Source of the DNA: Patescibacteria group bacterium
Lineage (GTDB): Bacteria; Patescibacteriota; Patescibacteriia; Buchananbacterales; SURF-54
Assembly (NCBI GenBank): GCA_018818885.1
Contig: JAHIRB010000021.1
Coordinates: 12,461-76,460, forward strand
DNA length: 64,000 bases
Reading direction: 5' to 3'
The notes beneath the pieces are model-generated. The model made no database searches. It was not told the DNA's origin and was given only the letters and a program-made list of their open reading frames with translations. The first letter of the stretch is position 1, and each line of letters opens with the position of its first letter. Shown one piece after another: positions 49,226-57,674 of this stretch. The translations under genes and the position numbers were made by a program.

Positions 49226-50869
49226 TTAATTAACTTTATATATCTTAGTCGACTGATCTCGATAAACTTCTTCAAAATAAAAATTATTTGATAAATTTCT
49301 ATCTAAAAGCTGGTGCGTGGTATGTTCAATAAACACATATTCTGATTTAAAATCATTTTTAATTTGTTGGTAAAGAAATTCTTTTTCCTGTCCCATTGTA
49401 ATATTATACCATTTCCAATACAAATCCTTATTATAATTATACATAAATGTAGGGTCTAACCCAACTATATAGTAATTATTAGTATTATGATAAAAAAGTA
49501 TCGGAAATTCATCCCAATCACTGTGTAAAACAATGCTTTTGGGCGTTGTATTTTGATTTAGCCAATTTGATGCATCTTGATATTGAGTAAATGAAAAGTT
49601 TTTATGATGATCAATATATACTCTTTTGACGTCTCTAAAAACAATATAAGGCAACAAAACAATTGGAATAATCAATCCTACCAAAAGATATTTTTTTTGT
49701 AATAAAAGCTTCTTAAAATCCTGAGTTATTTGTTTGACCACTTTTGATGAAATAAATTGATTGATACTGATCGCAGAAAACAAAATCGCAAACGGTATAA
49801 AATATTCTACATTACGACGTGATTTTAATGTTAGTCCAAGAAATAACAAACTTAATATTAAGGTAGTTATCGAAATTACTGATTTTTTTCTTATGTGCAA
49901 GAAAAAAATTGTCAAAGCAATAATAAATATTATAAAAGTTAAAGACGAAGCTGCGATCAGATGAAAAAAATTGTATGGATACCACTCCCCTCCTACACCA
50001 ATTATTTTTTGATAATTTACTACTGCAATTTGAATAATCTGTTGCCAGTAAAACAATAAATTTTTTGGAAAGTATGGATTAAATATGAGGCCCGCTGACA
50101 AACCACCGACTACTGACAACAATAATTTAATATTCTGCAAATGTAATCTTTTATGATTCATTCTATTCACAAAAAATTTTAGAATTTGGGATTTAGAATT
50201 TGGAATTTGTTTGGGATTTAAAATTTGGGATTTAGGTTTTGTTCTCTTTACAAAACCTGACTTCACCGAAGAGAGATAACTACAAAATACAAAAATAAAC
50301 GTTATTACTAAAATTAACGGCCATCCTCCATACAACCAAACAAATAAAAATGATAATAATGATAATAACACATAACGTCTCTGTATAATTAGATACAAAC
50401 CAACAAAAAGTGCTATCAAAGCTAGCCCTTGAGCTTTTGCTAAGTTCAATCGAAAAATGAATGGATTAGCAGTTAACAAAATTAAAGTATAAATGATAGC
50501 TCCCTTAATCTTAAGTCTGTTTAGCAACCAATAAAATGTTAAAATTGCTAAAGTTGCAAAACAAATGGTGGCAAGCTTTAATCCGACCAATGGATTTAGA
50601 ATAGTTACAAAGGGTATTAGTAAAATGTGATATAAAAAATGATGGTCAGCAAAATAATTATTCAAAACAGTAAACTGCAAATATGGGAAATCAAAAACAA
50701 TGCCATTTTGACTAATCAATTCTGCCATTTTAGCGTGATAAAAAGAATCGGGATCTGCAAAACTAGGATACCCCTGCAAAATTAAAAAATATAAAAATAC
50801 AAAGGCAAAAAGTATTATGTATTTTAAATAGGGGGCTTGAGAAATAATAAAAGATAATCTATTTTTCAT
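49226..50869 (-). CDS. GT-C-like membrane protein with in-frame repeat insertion
   Basis: DPDSFYH, DHHFLYH, GGEW, GLDPTF; low-complexity KPKSQILNPKQIPNSKSQILK insert; ATG 50869 preferred. Confidence 0.78.
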   Translation of the reverse strand: MKNRLSFIISQAPYLKYIILFAFVFLYFLILQGYPSFADPDSFYHAKMAELISQNGIVFDFPYLQFTVLNNYFADHHFLYHILLIPFVTILNPLVGLKLATICFATLAILTFYWLLNRLKIKGAIIYTLILLTANPFIFRLNLAKAQGLALIALFVGLYLIIQRRYVLLSLLSFLFVWLYGGWPLILVITFIFVFCSYLSSVKSGFVKRTKPKSQILNPKQIPNSKSQILKFFVNRMNHKRLHLQNIKLLLSVVGGLSAGLIFNPYFPKNLLFYWQQIIQIAVVNYQKIIGVGGEWYPYNFFHLIAASSLTFIIFIIALTIFFLHIRKKSVISITTLILSLLFLGLTLKSRRNVEYFIPFAILFSAISINQFISSKVVKQITQDFKKLLLQKKYLLVGLIIPIVLLPYIVFRDVKRVYIDHHKNFSFTQYQDASNWLNQNTTPKSIVLHSDWDEFPILFYHNTNNYYIVGLDPTFMYNYNKDLYWKWYNITMGQEKEFLYQQIKNDFKSEYVFIEHTTHQLLDRNLSNNFYFEEVYRDQSTKIYKVN

Positions 50870-50904
50870 ATGAGAAACAAAAACTTCAGTCAAAATACTG
50901 ACAA

Positions 50905-51184
50905 CCCCAGCGCTAAACACTGGGGCTTGGGATAATTAAATACAAACTAATCAATACCTCTCGCCCCGTAAATAACGAACGAAGTCCCGTTCTACGTGAT
51001 GAAATGAGTTATTCTATGGGGTCAAATAATTTGGTTAGTCTTTACCAAGCATGGCTGCAAAGACCAACTGGCTGGAGTTTTTGATTTTTACCCCAGCACC
51101 AATTCTTTATTTATTGATCGTACACACATTAAATTTTACTTTCTTCATATTAATCATACTAAAAAGATTAATATGGTGTGGAGT
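50905..51184. repeat. cluster of small palindromic elements
   Basis: CCCCAG..CTGGGG (50905-50925); CTCG+CCCCGTAAATAAC..GTTATTCTATGGGG (50960-51021); CCCCAGCACCA..TGGTGTGGAG (51091-51183). Confidence 0.6.
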
Positions 51185-52249
51185 TTATTTTTTAGAAAGT
51201 TGATTTTTAAAAAAATCTACAAATGGGATGATTTCTGGATTAACATTGTTTTGAATTGCCATATAAAAACTAACGTAACTGCCAAACTGTAATACTTCAA
51301 AGGCTTGATTGATTTTTTGCGATTGTACTGTAGAAAAGCTTACATGACTGATTTTATATTTATTTAAAATTTGCTTTGTTATTTTGATTCTTTTTTGATT
51401 TCTTGGTAAAAATAATTTTGATTCAAAAAATATAAAGACTAGATTGCTACCTTTTGGTTCTTTAAGACCTTCTAGCAAATGATGGTTGAGTTCTGGAATT
51501 AAATAATAAAAAGAAGAGTGTTTGGCACTCTCATTAATTTGATTAGCAACAGCATGTGCATTACCAGCTAAATGCTCACAAGCAACTATAATAGGGATTT
51601 TATTTTTTATTTTTTGTGCTGTTTGCTTAGCAGCATTTTTTGTAGTTTTGATGCCAAAATCATATCTTTTTTCACCTTGCTCTAAAGCTTTAATGACTTT
51701 TTGCAGATCATGTTTTGAAAATTTTACTAAACCCAACTTACTTAGAAGTACTAATTGACCTACCAAAGAATACCCAACTCCCATTCGTGGTTGCCCAGAA
51801 GAATTAAATTTTGGCTCAAATATATAACCCGGTAATTTATTTTTTTGCAAATAACTTTTTAGTTTGCCACCAGCTGCAAATCCAACAATTTTGGCTCCCC
51901 TCTTTTTTGCTTCATTTAAAGTAGCGAGAGGTTCCTCAGTATTACCTGAATAACTAGCAACTAAATATAAAGTTTTGTTATTAACATATTTTGGTAATTG
52001 GTAACTGTTGATTATTTCAAATGGAATTTTAATCTGATCTTTATAAACAGATTTTAAAATATGGGCGCCCAAGCCTGAGCCACCCATGCCATTTACCACA
52101 ACGTTATTAATATTTTGATAATTTGCAGGTATCTTAATTTTATTAGCTTCTTCAAACGCCTGCTGACACTGATTGGGTAATTGGCGTATTGATTCCAAAA
52201 TTTCTTCTGCTCCAAGCTTTTGTATTTGTTTATAATTATTGAGTGTCAT
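51185..52249 (-). CDS. bifunctional phosphoglucose/phosphomannose isomerase (SIS)
   Basis: GMGGSG, SYSGNTEE, QPRMG, QINESAK, PELNHH. Confidence 0.92.
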   Translation of the reverse strand: MTLNNYKQIQKLGAEEILESIRQLPNQCQQAFEEANKIKIPANYQNINNVVVNGMGGSGLGAHILKSVYKDQIKIPFEIINSYQLPKYVNNKTLYLVASYSGNTEEPLATLNEAKKRGAKIVGFAAGGKLKSYLQKNKLPGYIFEPKFNSSGQPRMGVGYSLVGQLVLLSKLGLVKFSKHDLQKVIKALEQGEKRYDFGIKTTKNAAKQTAQKIKNKIPIIVACEHLAGNAHAVANQINESAKHSSFYYLIPELNHHLLEGLKEPKGSNLVFIFFESKLFLPRNQKRIKITKQILNKYKISHVSFSTVQSQKINQAFEVLQFGSYVSFYMAIQNNVNPEIIPFVDFFKNQLSKK

Positions 52250-52479
52250 ATTGTCATTATTTTATCTTAAATTCTCTAAAATTTCAAGGTCCTCAAGCAC
52301 TCTTGACATACATTGAAAATAACTAACTTTTATAGTATAATTTAATTGTCATTTAGCTTATTTTCAAGTATAAAAAAATCCCTTTTTCACCCAACAAAGA
52401 TAATGATAATTTGACAATACACTAGCAATCTACTACAATTGTAACTAATATAAAAAAACGGCGCGAAAGGCCGTTTTTT

Positions 52480-52984
52480 ATGATTTCCAAAGAAAACAAT
52501 TTTGCTTTTATAGATGGACAAAATCTAAATCTTGGCATTAAGAATTTAGGTTGGGACCTAGATTTTAGAAAATTTAGAGTATATCTTAAGGAAAAGTATG
52601 CCGTAAGCAAAGTTTATTACTTTATCGGCTACTTGCCACAATATCGTGATTTATACAAATCGTTACAAAAATATGGTTATGAACTAGTCTTTAAACCAGC
52701 GATGCAAGACAAAAAAGGTAAACCTAAAGGTAATGTTGACGCTGACTTGGTTTTAAAAGTTATGTTTGAATATAATAATTTTGATAAAGCTATAATTGTA
52801 AGTAGCGACGGTGATTTCTATTCGTTAATTAAACATCTTTATAGAAATAAAAAAATTAAAATTTGTTATGAGTCCATACGTAAAAACTTGTTCAATATTA
52901 TTGAAAAAAACCGCCAAGGAAAAAATAATCTATATGGACAATCTGAGGCAAAAATTGGAATATAAAAAGAAAAACACCGCTTAA
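52480..52984 (+). pseudogene. NYN/LabA-DUF88 (PIN-like) nuclease with frameshift
   Basis: FIDGQNL, KGNVDADL, SSDGDF; A7 run at 52849-52855; the +1 frame continues LKFVMSPYVKTCSILLKKTAKEKIIYMDNLRQKLEY to TAA 52984. Confidence 0.75.
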
Positions 52985-53137
52985 GGACAAAACCATTAAG
53001 AGGTGCTTTTCATATATATTCTATAATTAGAATAGCTTGTATAAAAACATTTGTCAATATCCCTCTTTCACCCAACAAAGAGACTATCCCCGCACTAATT
53101 TTTACTCAAATTAATTATTATTCACAATATAATTCAT

Positions 53138-53368
53138 ATGTTCTACGTTTACCTCATCAAAAATGAAAAAGGTGAATTATACTATGGTTACACTAATAAT
53201 TTAAGAAGACGTTTACTTGAACATAATTCCAGTAAATCATCCTACACTAGAAATCATAAATGGCAGTTGATTTACTATGAGGCTTACCTTGAAAGATCAG
53301 ACGCATATGACCGGGAAAAACATCTCAAACATTATGGTCAATCTTTGTCTCATATATTATTATGTTAA
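53138..53368 (+). CDS. small GIY-YIG nuclease (possibly C-terminally truncated)
   Basis: FYVYLI-x-YYGYT, RRRLLEHN, YYEAY, AYDREKHLK. Confidence 0.88.
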   Translation: MFYVYLIKNEKGELYYGYTNNLRRRLLEHNSSKSSYTRNHKWQLIYYEAYLERSDAYDREKHLKHYGQSLSHILLC

Positions 53369-53489
53369 CACCTTGATATTAACTGAATTTCTCTAGATAA
53401 TCAAGCTTGACACAGATTGAAAAAACTTCATCTTTATTGTATAATCTAATTGTTATACAGCTTAAAAATTGAGCTTTTTTTAAACGTTT

Positions 53490-53621
53490 TAAATCACAAG
53501 TACCAAGCACCAAATAACAAACAACATCCAATAATCAATTTCCAATACCCAAAAACGAGATTGTTTGCAAATTGATTATTAGAATTTAGAATTTGTTTGA
53601 GATTTGGGATTTAGAATTTGA
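53490..53621. repeat. heptamer-based inverted repeat element
   Basis: AAATCAC/AAGTACC/AAGCACC/AAATAAC arm opposite ATTTAGA/ATTTGTT/ATTTGGG arm. Confidence 0.7.
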
Positions 53622-53636
53622 TTATTAAACTTAGCC

Positions 53637-54353
53637 ATGTCTGGTCATTCCAAATGGTCAAAAATTCAAAGGCAAAAAGGCGCTGCTGATACTAAGAAAG
53701 GGGCGCTTTTTACCAAATTAGCCAATACTATTACCTTGGCTGCTTCTGAAGGTGGAGGTGAAATTGATATGAACTTTAAATTGAAATTGGCTGTAGACCA
53801 AGCTAGGTCTGCTAACATGCCTAAAGATAATATCGAACGCGCAATAAAACGTGGTACTGGAGAAATTGCAGGTGGGCCGATTGAAGAATTACGCTACGAA
53901 GGTTTTGGTCCAGAAAAGGTTGCCATAATAATTGATAGCTTAACAGATAATCGCAACCGCGCTTTAAGTGAAATAAAAAATGTTTTAAACAAAAATGGCG
54001 GTAGTATCGCAGGCCAAAATGCAGTTTCGTGGCAATTTGAAAGTAAAGGAGTTATACGCTTACCCAAACCAAGTTTTGAAAAAAAGGAGGAACTAGAACT
54101 AACTGCTATTGACGCAGGCGCTGATGACATCGGGGAAGACGACGATTCATTTCTTGTTTATACCGATCCCAAACAACTGCAAAAGGTAAAAGAAAATTTA
54201 GAACAAGCCAATCAAAAAATTGAATATGCTGAGATAGAAATGATTCCTAAAGAAAAAGTTAAAATGAAAAACCCAGACAAACTTGAACAACTATTTTCTG
54301 CTCTCGATGAATGCGCTGACGTAAATAACTACTACACTAATGCCGACATCTAA
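53637..54353 (+). CDS. yebC: YebC/PmpR family protein
   Basis: MSGHSKWSKI, NMPKDNIERAI, YEGFGP, TDNRNR. Confidence 0.97.
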   Translation: MSGHSKWSKIQRQKGAADTKKGALFTKLANTITLAASEGGGEIDMNFKLKLAVDQARSANMPKDNIERAIKRGTGEIAGGPIEELRYEGFGPEKVAIIIDSLTDNRNRALSEIKNVLNKNGGSIAGQNAVSWQFESKGVIRLPKPSFEKKEELELTAIDAGADDIGEDDDSFLVYTDPKQLQKVKENLEQANQKIEYAEIEMIPKEKVKMKNPDKLEQLFSALDECADVNNYYTNADI

Positions 54354-54825
54354 AACAATTACTATCATGGGAATTGACCCAGGGCTTGCTACTACTGGAT
54401 GGGGCATTTTAGAAAAAAAAGGGCAGAAGCTTGCATTGATTGACTATGGTTTAATCGCAACAAATGCTAAAAAAGAATTCGCACAACGTTTAAAAATTAT
54501 CAATCAAGACTTGGCAAAAGTTATAAAGAAATACAAACCCGATGCGTTTGGTGTAGAAAGTATTTATTTTTGTAAAAATGTAAAAACTGCATTACTAGTT
54601 GGACAAGCGCGTGGTGTAATATTGTTGACCTGTATCAAAACTAACAAGCCAATTTTTGATTTCACTCCCCTGCAAATCAAGCAAGCCATCACTACTTATG
54701 GACGCGCTGACAAAAAACAGGTTCAGCAAATGGTAAAAATTATACTTAATCTAAAAAATATTCCCAAGCCAGACCACGCAGCTGATGCTTTAGCCTGCGC
54801 TATCTGTGCTGCTAATTCAATTTAA
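54340..54825 (+). CDS. ruvC: crossover junction endodeoxyribonuclease RuvC
   Basis: GIDPG, QARGV, YGRADKKQVQ, PKPDHAADALA. Confidence 0.97.
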   Translation: MPTSKTITIMGIDPGLATTGWGILEKKGQKLALIDYGLIATNAKKEFAQRLKIINQDLAKVIKKYKPDAFGVESIYFCKNVKTALLVGQARGVILLTCIKTNKPIFDFTPLQIKQAITTYGRADKKQVQQMVKIILNLKNIPKPDHAADALACAICAANSI

Positions 54826-54831
54826 CTATGG

Positions 54832-54950
54832 CCCTGTAGTGAAAATTTAATAGGGACGTATGTCATTAAAAAAAATTTCATATATATAATATTTGATATC
54901 AAGAATTTAACATATATATAAACTTAATTAATTAAATTTCTATTACAGGG
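54832..54950. mobile_element. MITE-like element, same TIR family as 48379-48499
   Basis: CCCTGTAGTGAAAATTTAAT ... ATTAAATTTCTATTACAGGG (17/20). Confidence 0.65.
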
Positions 54951-54951
54951 T

Positions 54952-56031
54952 ATGACTCGAGAAGAAAAAATAAAAAAAATCATTCATAAAAGTAAACAAA
55001 TTTTTAAAGATAATGCTTTAGACAACGGTGCAATATCTGCCGCTAATCCAGACAAAGATTACTATCCTCGCGAAGCTAAAGATTATCATTATGTTTGGCC
55101 ACGCGATGCTGGCTATATTTGTGTTGCCGCAAAAATGGTAGGAATAAATGACATACAAGAACCTTATTTTGATTGGCTACTCAAACGACCAGAAGATTTT
55201 GAAAAAGAAGGTTTGCTATTTGGCAGTTATTCAACAAATGGCAGATTAAAAAATGGCCAATTCCAACCCGACCAGGCAGGCAGTACTTTATGGGCAATTT
55301 ATGATTTTTATAAAGATAATATCGCAGGATGCAAAAAACAGGAACTTCTCATTCGGCGCTTAGCCGATGGTTTAACTAACGACTGGAAGGGCAAATATTT
55401 TTTTCATAACACTGTTGATCTATGGGAAGAAGGAAGAAGAAAAACCTCAACTTCTATGGAAAATAACCACACTTATTCTTTAGCTGCCTGTGCTTATGGA
55501 TTAATTGTTGCAGATAAAATGGCTAACGGCGAAAAATGGAAAGAAGCAGCAGATCAAATGATAAAAATGGTAAATGAAGCATATAGCAAAAAGGATAAAA
55601 GATATTATAGAAATCACGGTAAAATAGACGACTTTAATGTTGATTCTTCTTTATTAGGTCTTGTTTACCCGTGTAGTATAGTAAAAGCAACTGATGAAAA
55701 AATGGTCAATACTGTAAAAGCAATTGAACAAAAAGCTGTTTTCCATGGAGGCGTACACCGCTATCAGTTTGATTATTATGATGGTGAAGGTACAGCAGAA
55801 GAAGGAGCAGGTGCTTGGCCTTTACTTAACTTTTGGATGTCTATTTACTGGTCAATCGGAAACGACAAAAAGAAAGCTCATAAATATTATGATTGGGTGG
55901 TAGACCGCGTAGAAAATGATTATTTAATACCCGAACAAATGTTTGAAGATTTTAGAAAAGGCATAAAGCCTTTAGCTTGGTCTCATGCTATGTTTGTTAT
56001 AGCTTCGAAGTATTTGGGGTATTTGGAGTAA
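54952..56031 (+). CDS. GH15 glucoamylase-like glycoside hydrolase
   Basis: YHYVWPRDA, FQPDQ, DLWEE, GGVHRY, IPEQ, PLAWSHA. Confidence 0.92.
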   Translation: MTREEKIKKIIHKSKQIFKDNALDNGAISAANPDKDYYPREAKDYHYVWPRDAGYICVAAKMVGINDIQEPYFDWLLKRPEDFEKEGLLFGSYSTNGRLKNGQFQPDQAGSTLWAIYDFYKDNIAGCKKQELLIRRLADGLTNDWKGKYFFHNTVDLWEEGRRKTSTSMENNHTYSLAACAYGLIVADKMANGEKWKEAADQMIKMVNEAYSKKDKRYYRNHGKIDDFNVDSSLLGLVYPCSIVKATDEKMVNTVKAIEQKAVFHGGVHRYQFDYYDGEGTAEEGAGAWPLLNFWMSIYWSIGNDKKKAHKYYDWVVDRVENDYLIPEQMFEDFRKGIKPLAWSHAMFVIASKYLGYLE

Positions 56032-56177
56032 GAGTAGGGCGAGATGTAAAGTGATTGTTAATACGATTAATATGATGTTTGGAACTCAAGTGTACATATT
56101 AACTGTATCAACCTATCAACAGTATTAACTACACCACAACTCAAATCTCTCTAATAACTCAAATCAACTAAACTACT

Positions 56178-57671
56178 ATGGCAAAAAAACTAAAAATTGT
56201 ACATTTCTGCTCAGAAGTCGAACCGTTTTCCAAAACCGGTGGTTTAGCTGATGTTGCATCTTCTCTGCCTAAAGCTATTAAAGGAGTAGGCCATGATGTA
56301 ATCATTGTTACACCCTTGTATTCAGAAGTTACTGATCTAAAAAAGTTTAAGCTGAAAAAAATAATTGAGGATATCAAGATTGAATTGAGCGAAGGTGTCC
56401 ATATGGAAGCAGATTTCTGGCAAGGAGAGCTAGAAAAAGGTTTACCTGTTTATTTTGTTGAAAATAATAAATATTTTGGCAAAAGAAAAAGTCTTTATGG
56501 ATCTGAACATGAAAATGCCAGATTTTTCTATTTTGATCTTGCTGCTATCAAATTATTAAAATTGATAAATTTCCAGCCAGATATAGTACACTGTCACGAT
56601 TGGCAAACTGGGCTTATCCCATATTTCTTAAAAAGAAGATATGCCAAAGATGAATTCTTTAAAAATACTGCCACAATTTTTACCATTCATAACCTATTAT
56701 TTCAATTCGGCCACAATTGGTGGAAAGTAAGAAGTAATCTACGTGATGATGGCTACTCACGTCTACCAAAATTCGGCCATACGCCAGCTATTGAGCGTAT
56801 TAATTTTGCTAAACGTGCATTTATTAATTCTGATATCATCAACGCTGTATCAGAACAATATGCAGAAGAAATTATCACCAAGGATTTTGGGCAAGACCTA
56901 CATCGGATATTAAAGAACCGTGAAGATAGGCTCTTTGGCATAGTTAATGGGATTGATTATGATGATTTCAACCCAAAAACTGATCCTGGATTATATAAAA
57001 AATATGATCCTAATTCTTTAAACAAAAAAGCGGAAAATAAAAAGTATTTACAAAAATATTTTGGCTTACCGGTTGATCCAGATATTCCGCTGATTGGAAT
57101 GGTAACCAGAATTGCTGAACAAAAAGGCATTGACTTGGTTATGCCAATTATGGAAGAACTGTTAAAACTAGATATTCAATTTGTCATAATGGGATCTGGC
57201 GAAAAGCACTATGAAAGTTTCTTTAAAAAAATGCAGAAAAAATATCCCAAAAAAGTCGGCACACATCTCGAATTTGACGCCAAACGGGCTACCTCTGTTT
57301 ATGCTGGCACTGATTTATTTTTAATGCCTTCACGCTTTGAACCCTGCGGTTTAGGACAATTAATAAGTTTACGATATGGTTCTATCCCTATCGTTCGTTC
57401 CGTTGGAGGATTAGCTGATACGGTAACGGACTACAATGCAAAAACTAAAAAGGGCAATGGTTTTATATTTCACAGCTACAACCATAAAGCATTATTGATA
57501 TCTCTTGTACGAGCAATTGAAAGCTATAAATATAATGAAAATTGGAACGATCTAGTAAAAAGAGGTATGGAGCAATCATCTTCCTGGGAAATCCCAGCTA
57601 AAAAATATTTGGTCTTATATCGCAAAGCTATCAAACAAAGACAAAAAGACTTGGCTAACAATAAAAAATAA
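56178..57671 (+). CDS. glgA: glycogen synthase
   Basis: KTGGLADV, HCHDWQT, TIHNL, GIVNGID, PSRFEPCGL. Confidence 0.96.
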   Translation: MAKKLKIVHFCSEVEPFSKTGGLADVASSLPKAIKGVGHDVIIVTPLYSEVTDLKKFKLKKIIEDIKIELSEGVHMEADFWQGELEKGLPVYFVENNKYFGKRKSLYGSEHENARFFYFDLAAIKLLKLINFQPDIVHCHDWQTGLIPYFLKRRYAKDEFFKNTATIFTIHNLLFQFGHNWWKVRSNLRDDGYSRLPKFGHTPAIERINFAKRAFINSDIINAVSEQYAEEIITKDFGQDLHRILKNREDRLFGIVNGIDYDDFNPKTDPGLYKKYDPNSLNKKAENKKYLQKYFGLPVDPDIPLIGMVTRIAEQKGIDLVMPIMEELLKLDIQFVIMGSGEKHYESFFKKMQKKYPKKVGTHLEFDAKRATSVYAGTDLFLMPSRFEPCGLGQLISLRYGSIPIVRSVGGLADTVTDYNAKTKKGNGFIFHSYNHKALLISLVRAIESYKYNENWNDLVKRGMEQSSSWEIPAKKYLVLYRKAIKQRQKDLANNKK

Positions 57672-57674
57672 TTT

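Noticed and set aside
53490-53621. possible CRISPR array
   Set aside because: 7-nt degenerate units with no unique spacers; no repeat-spacer array or cas gene anywhere in the window
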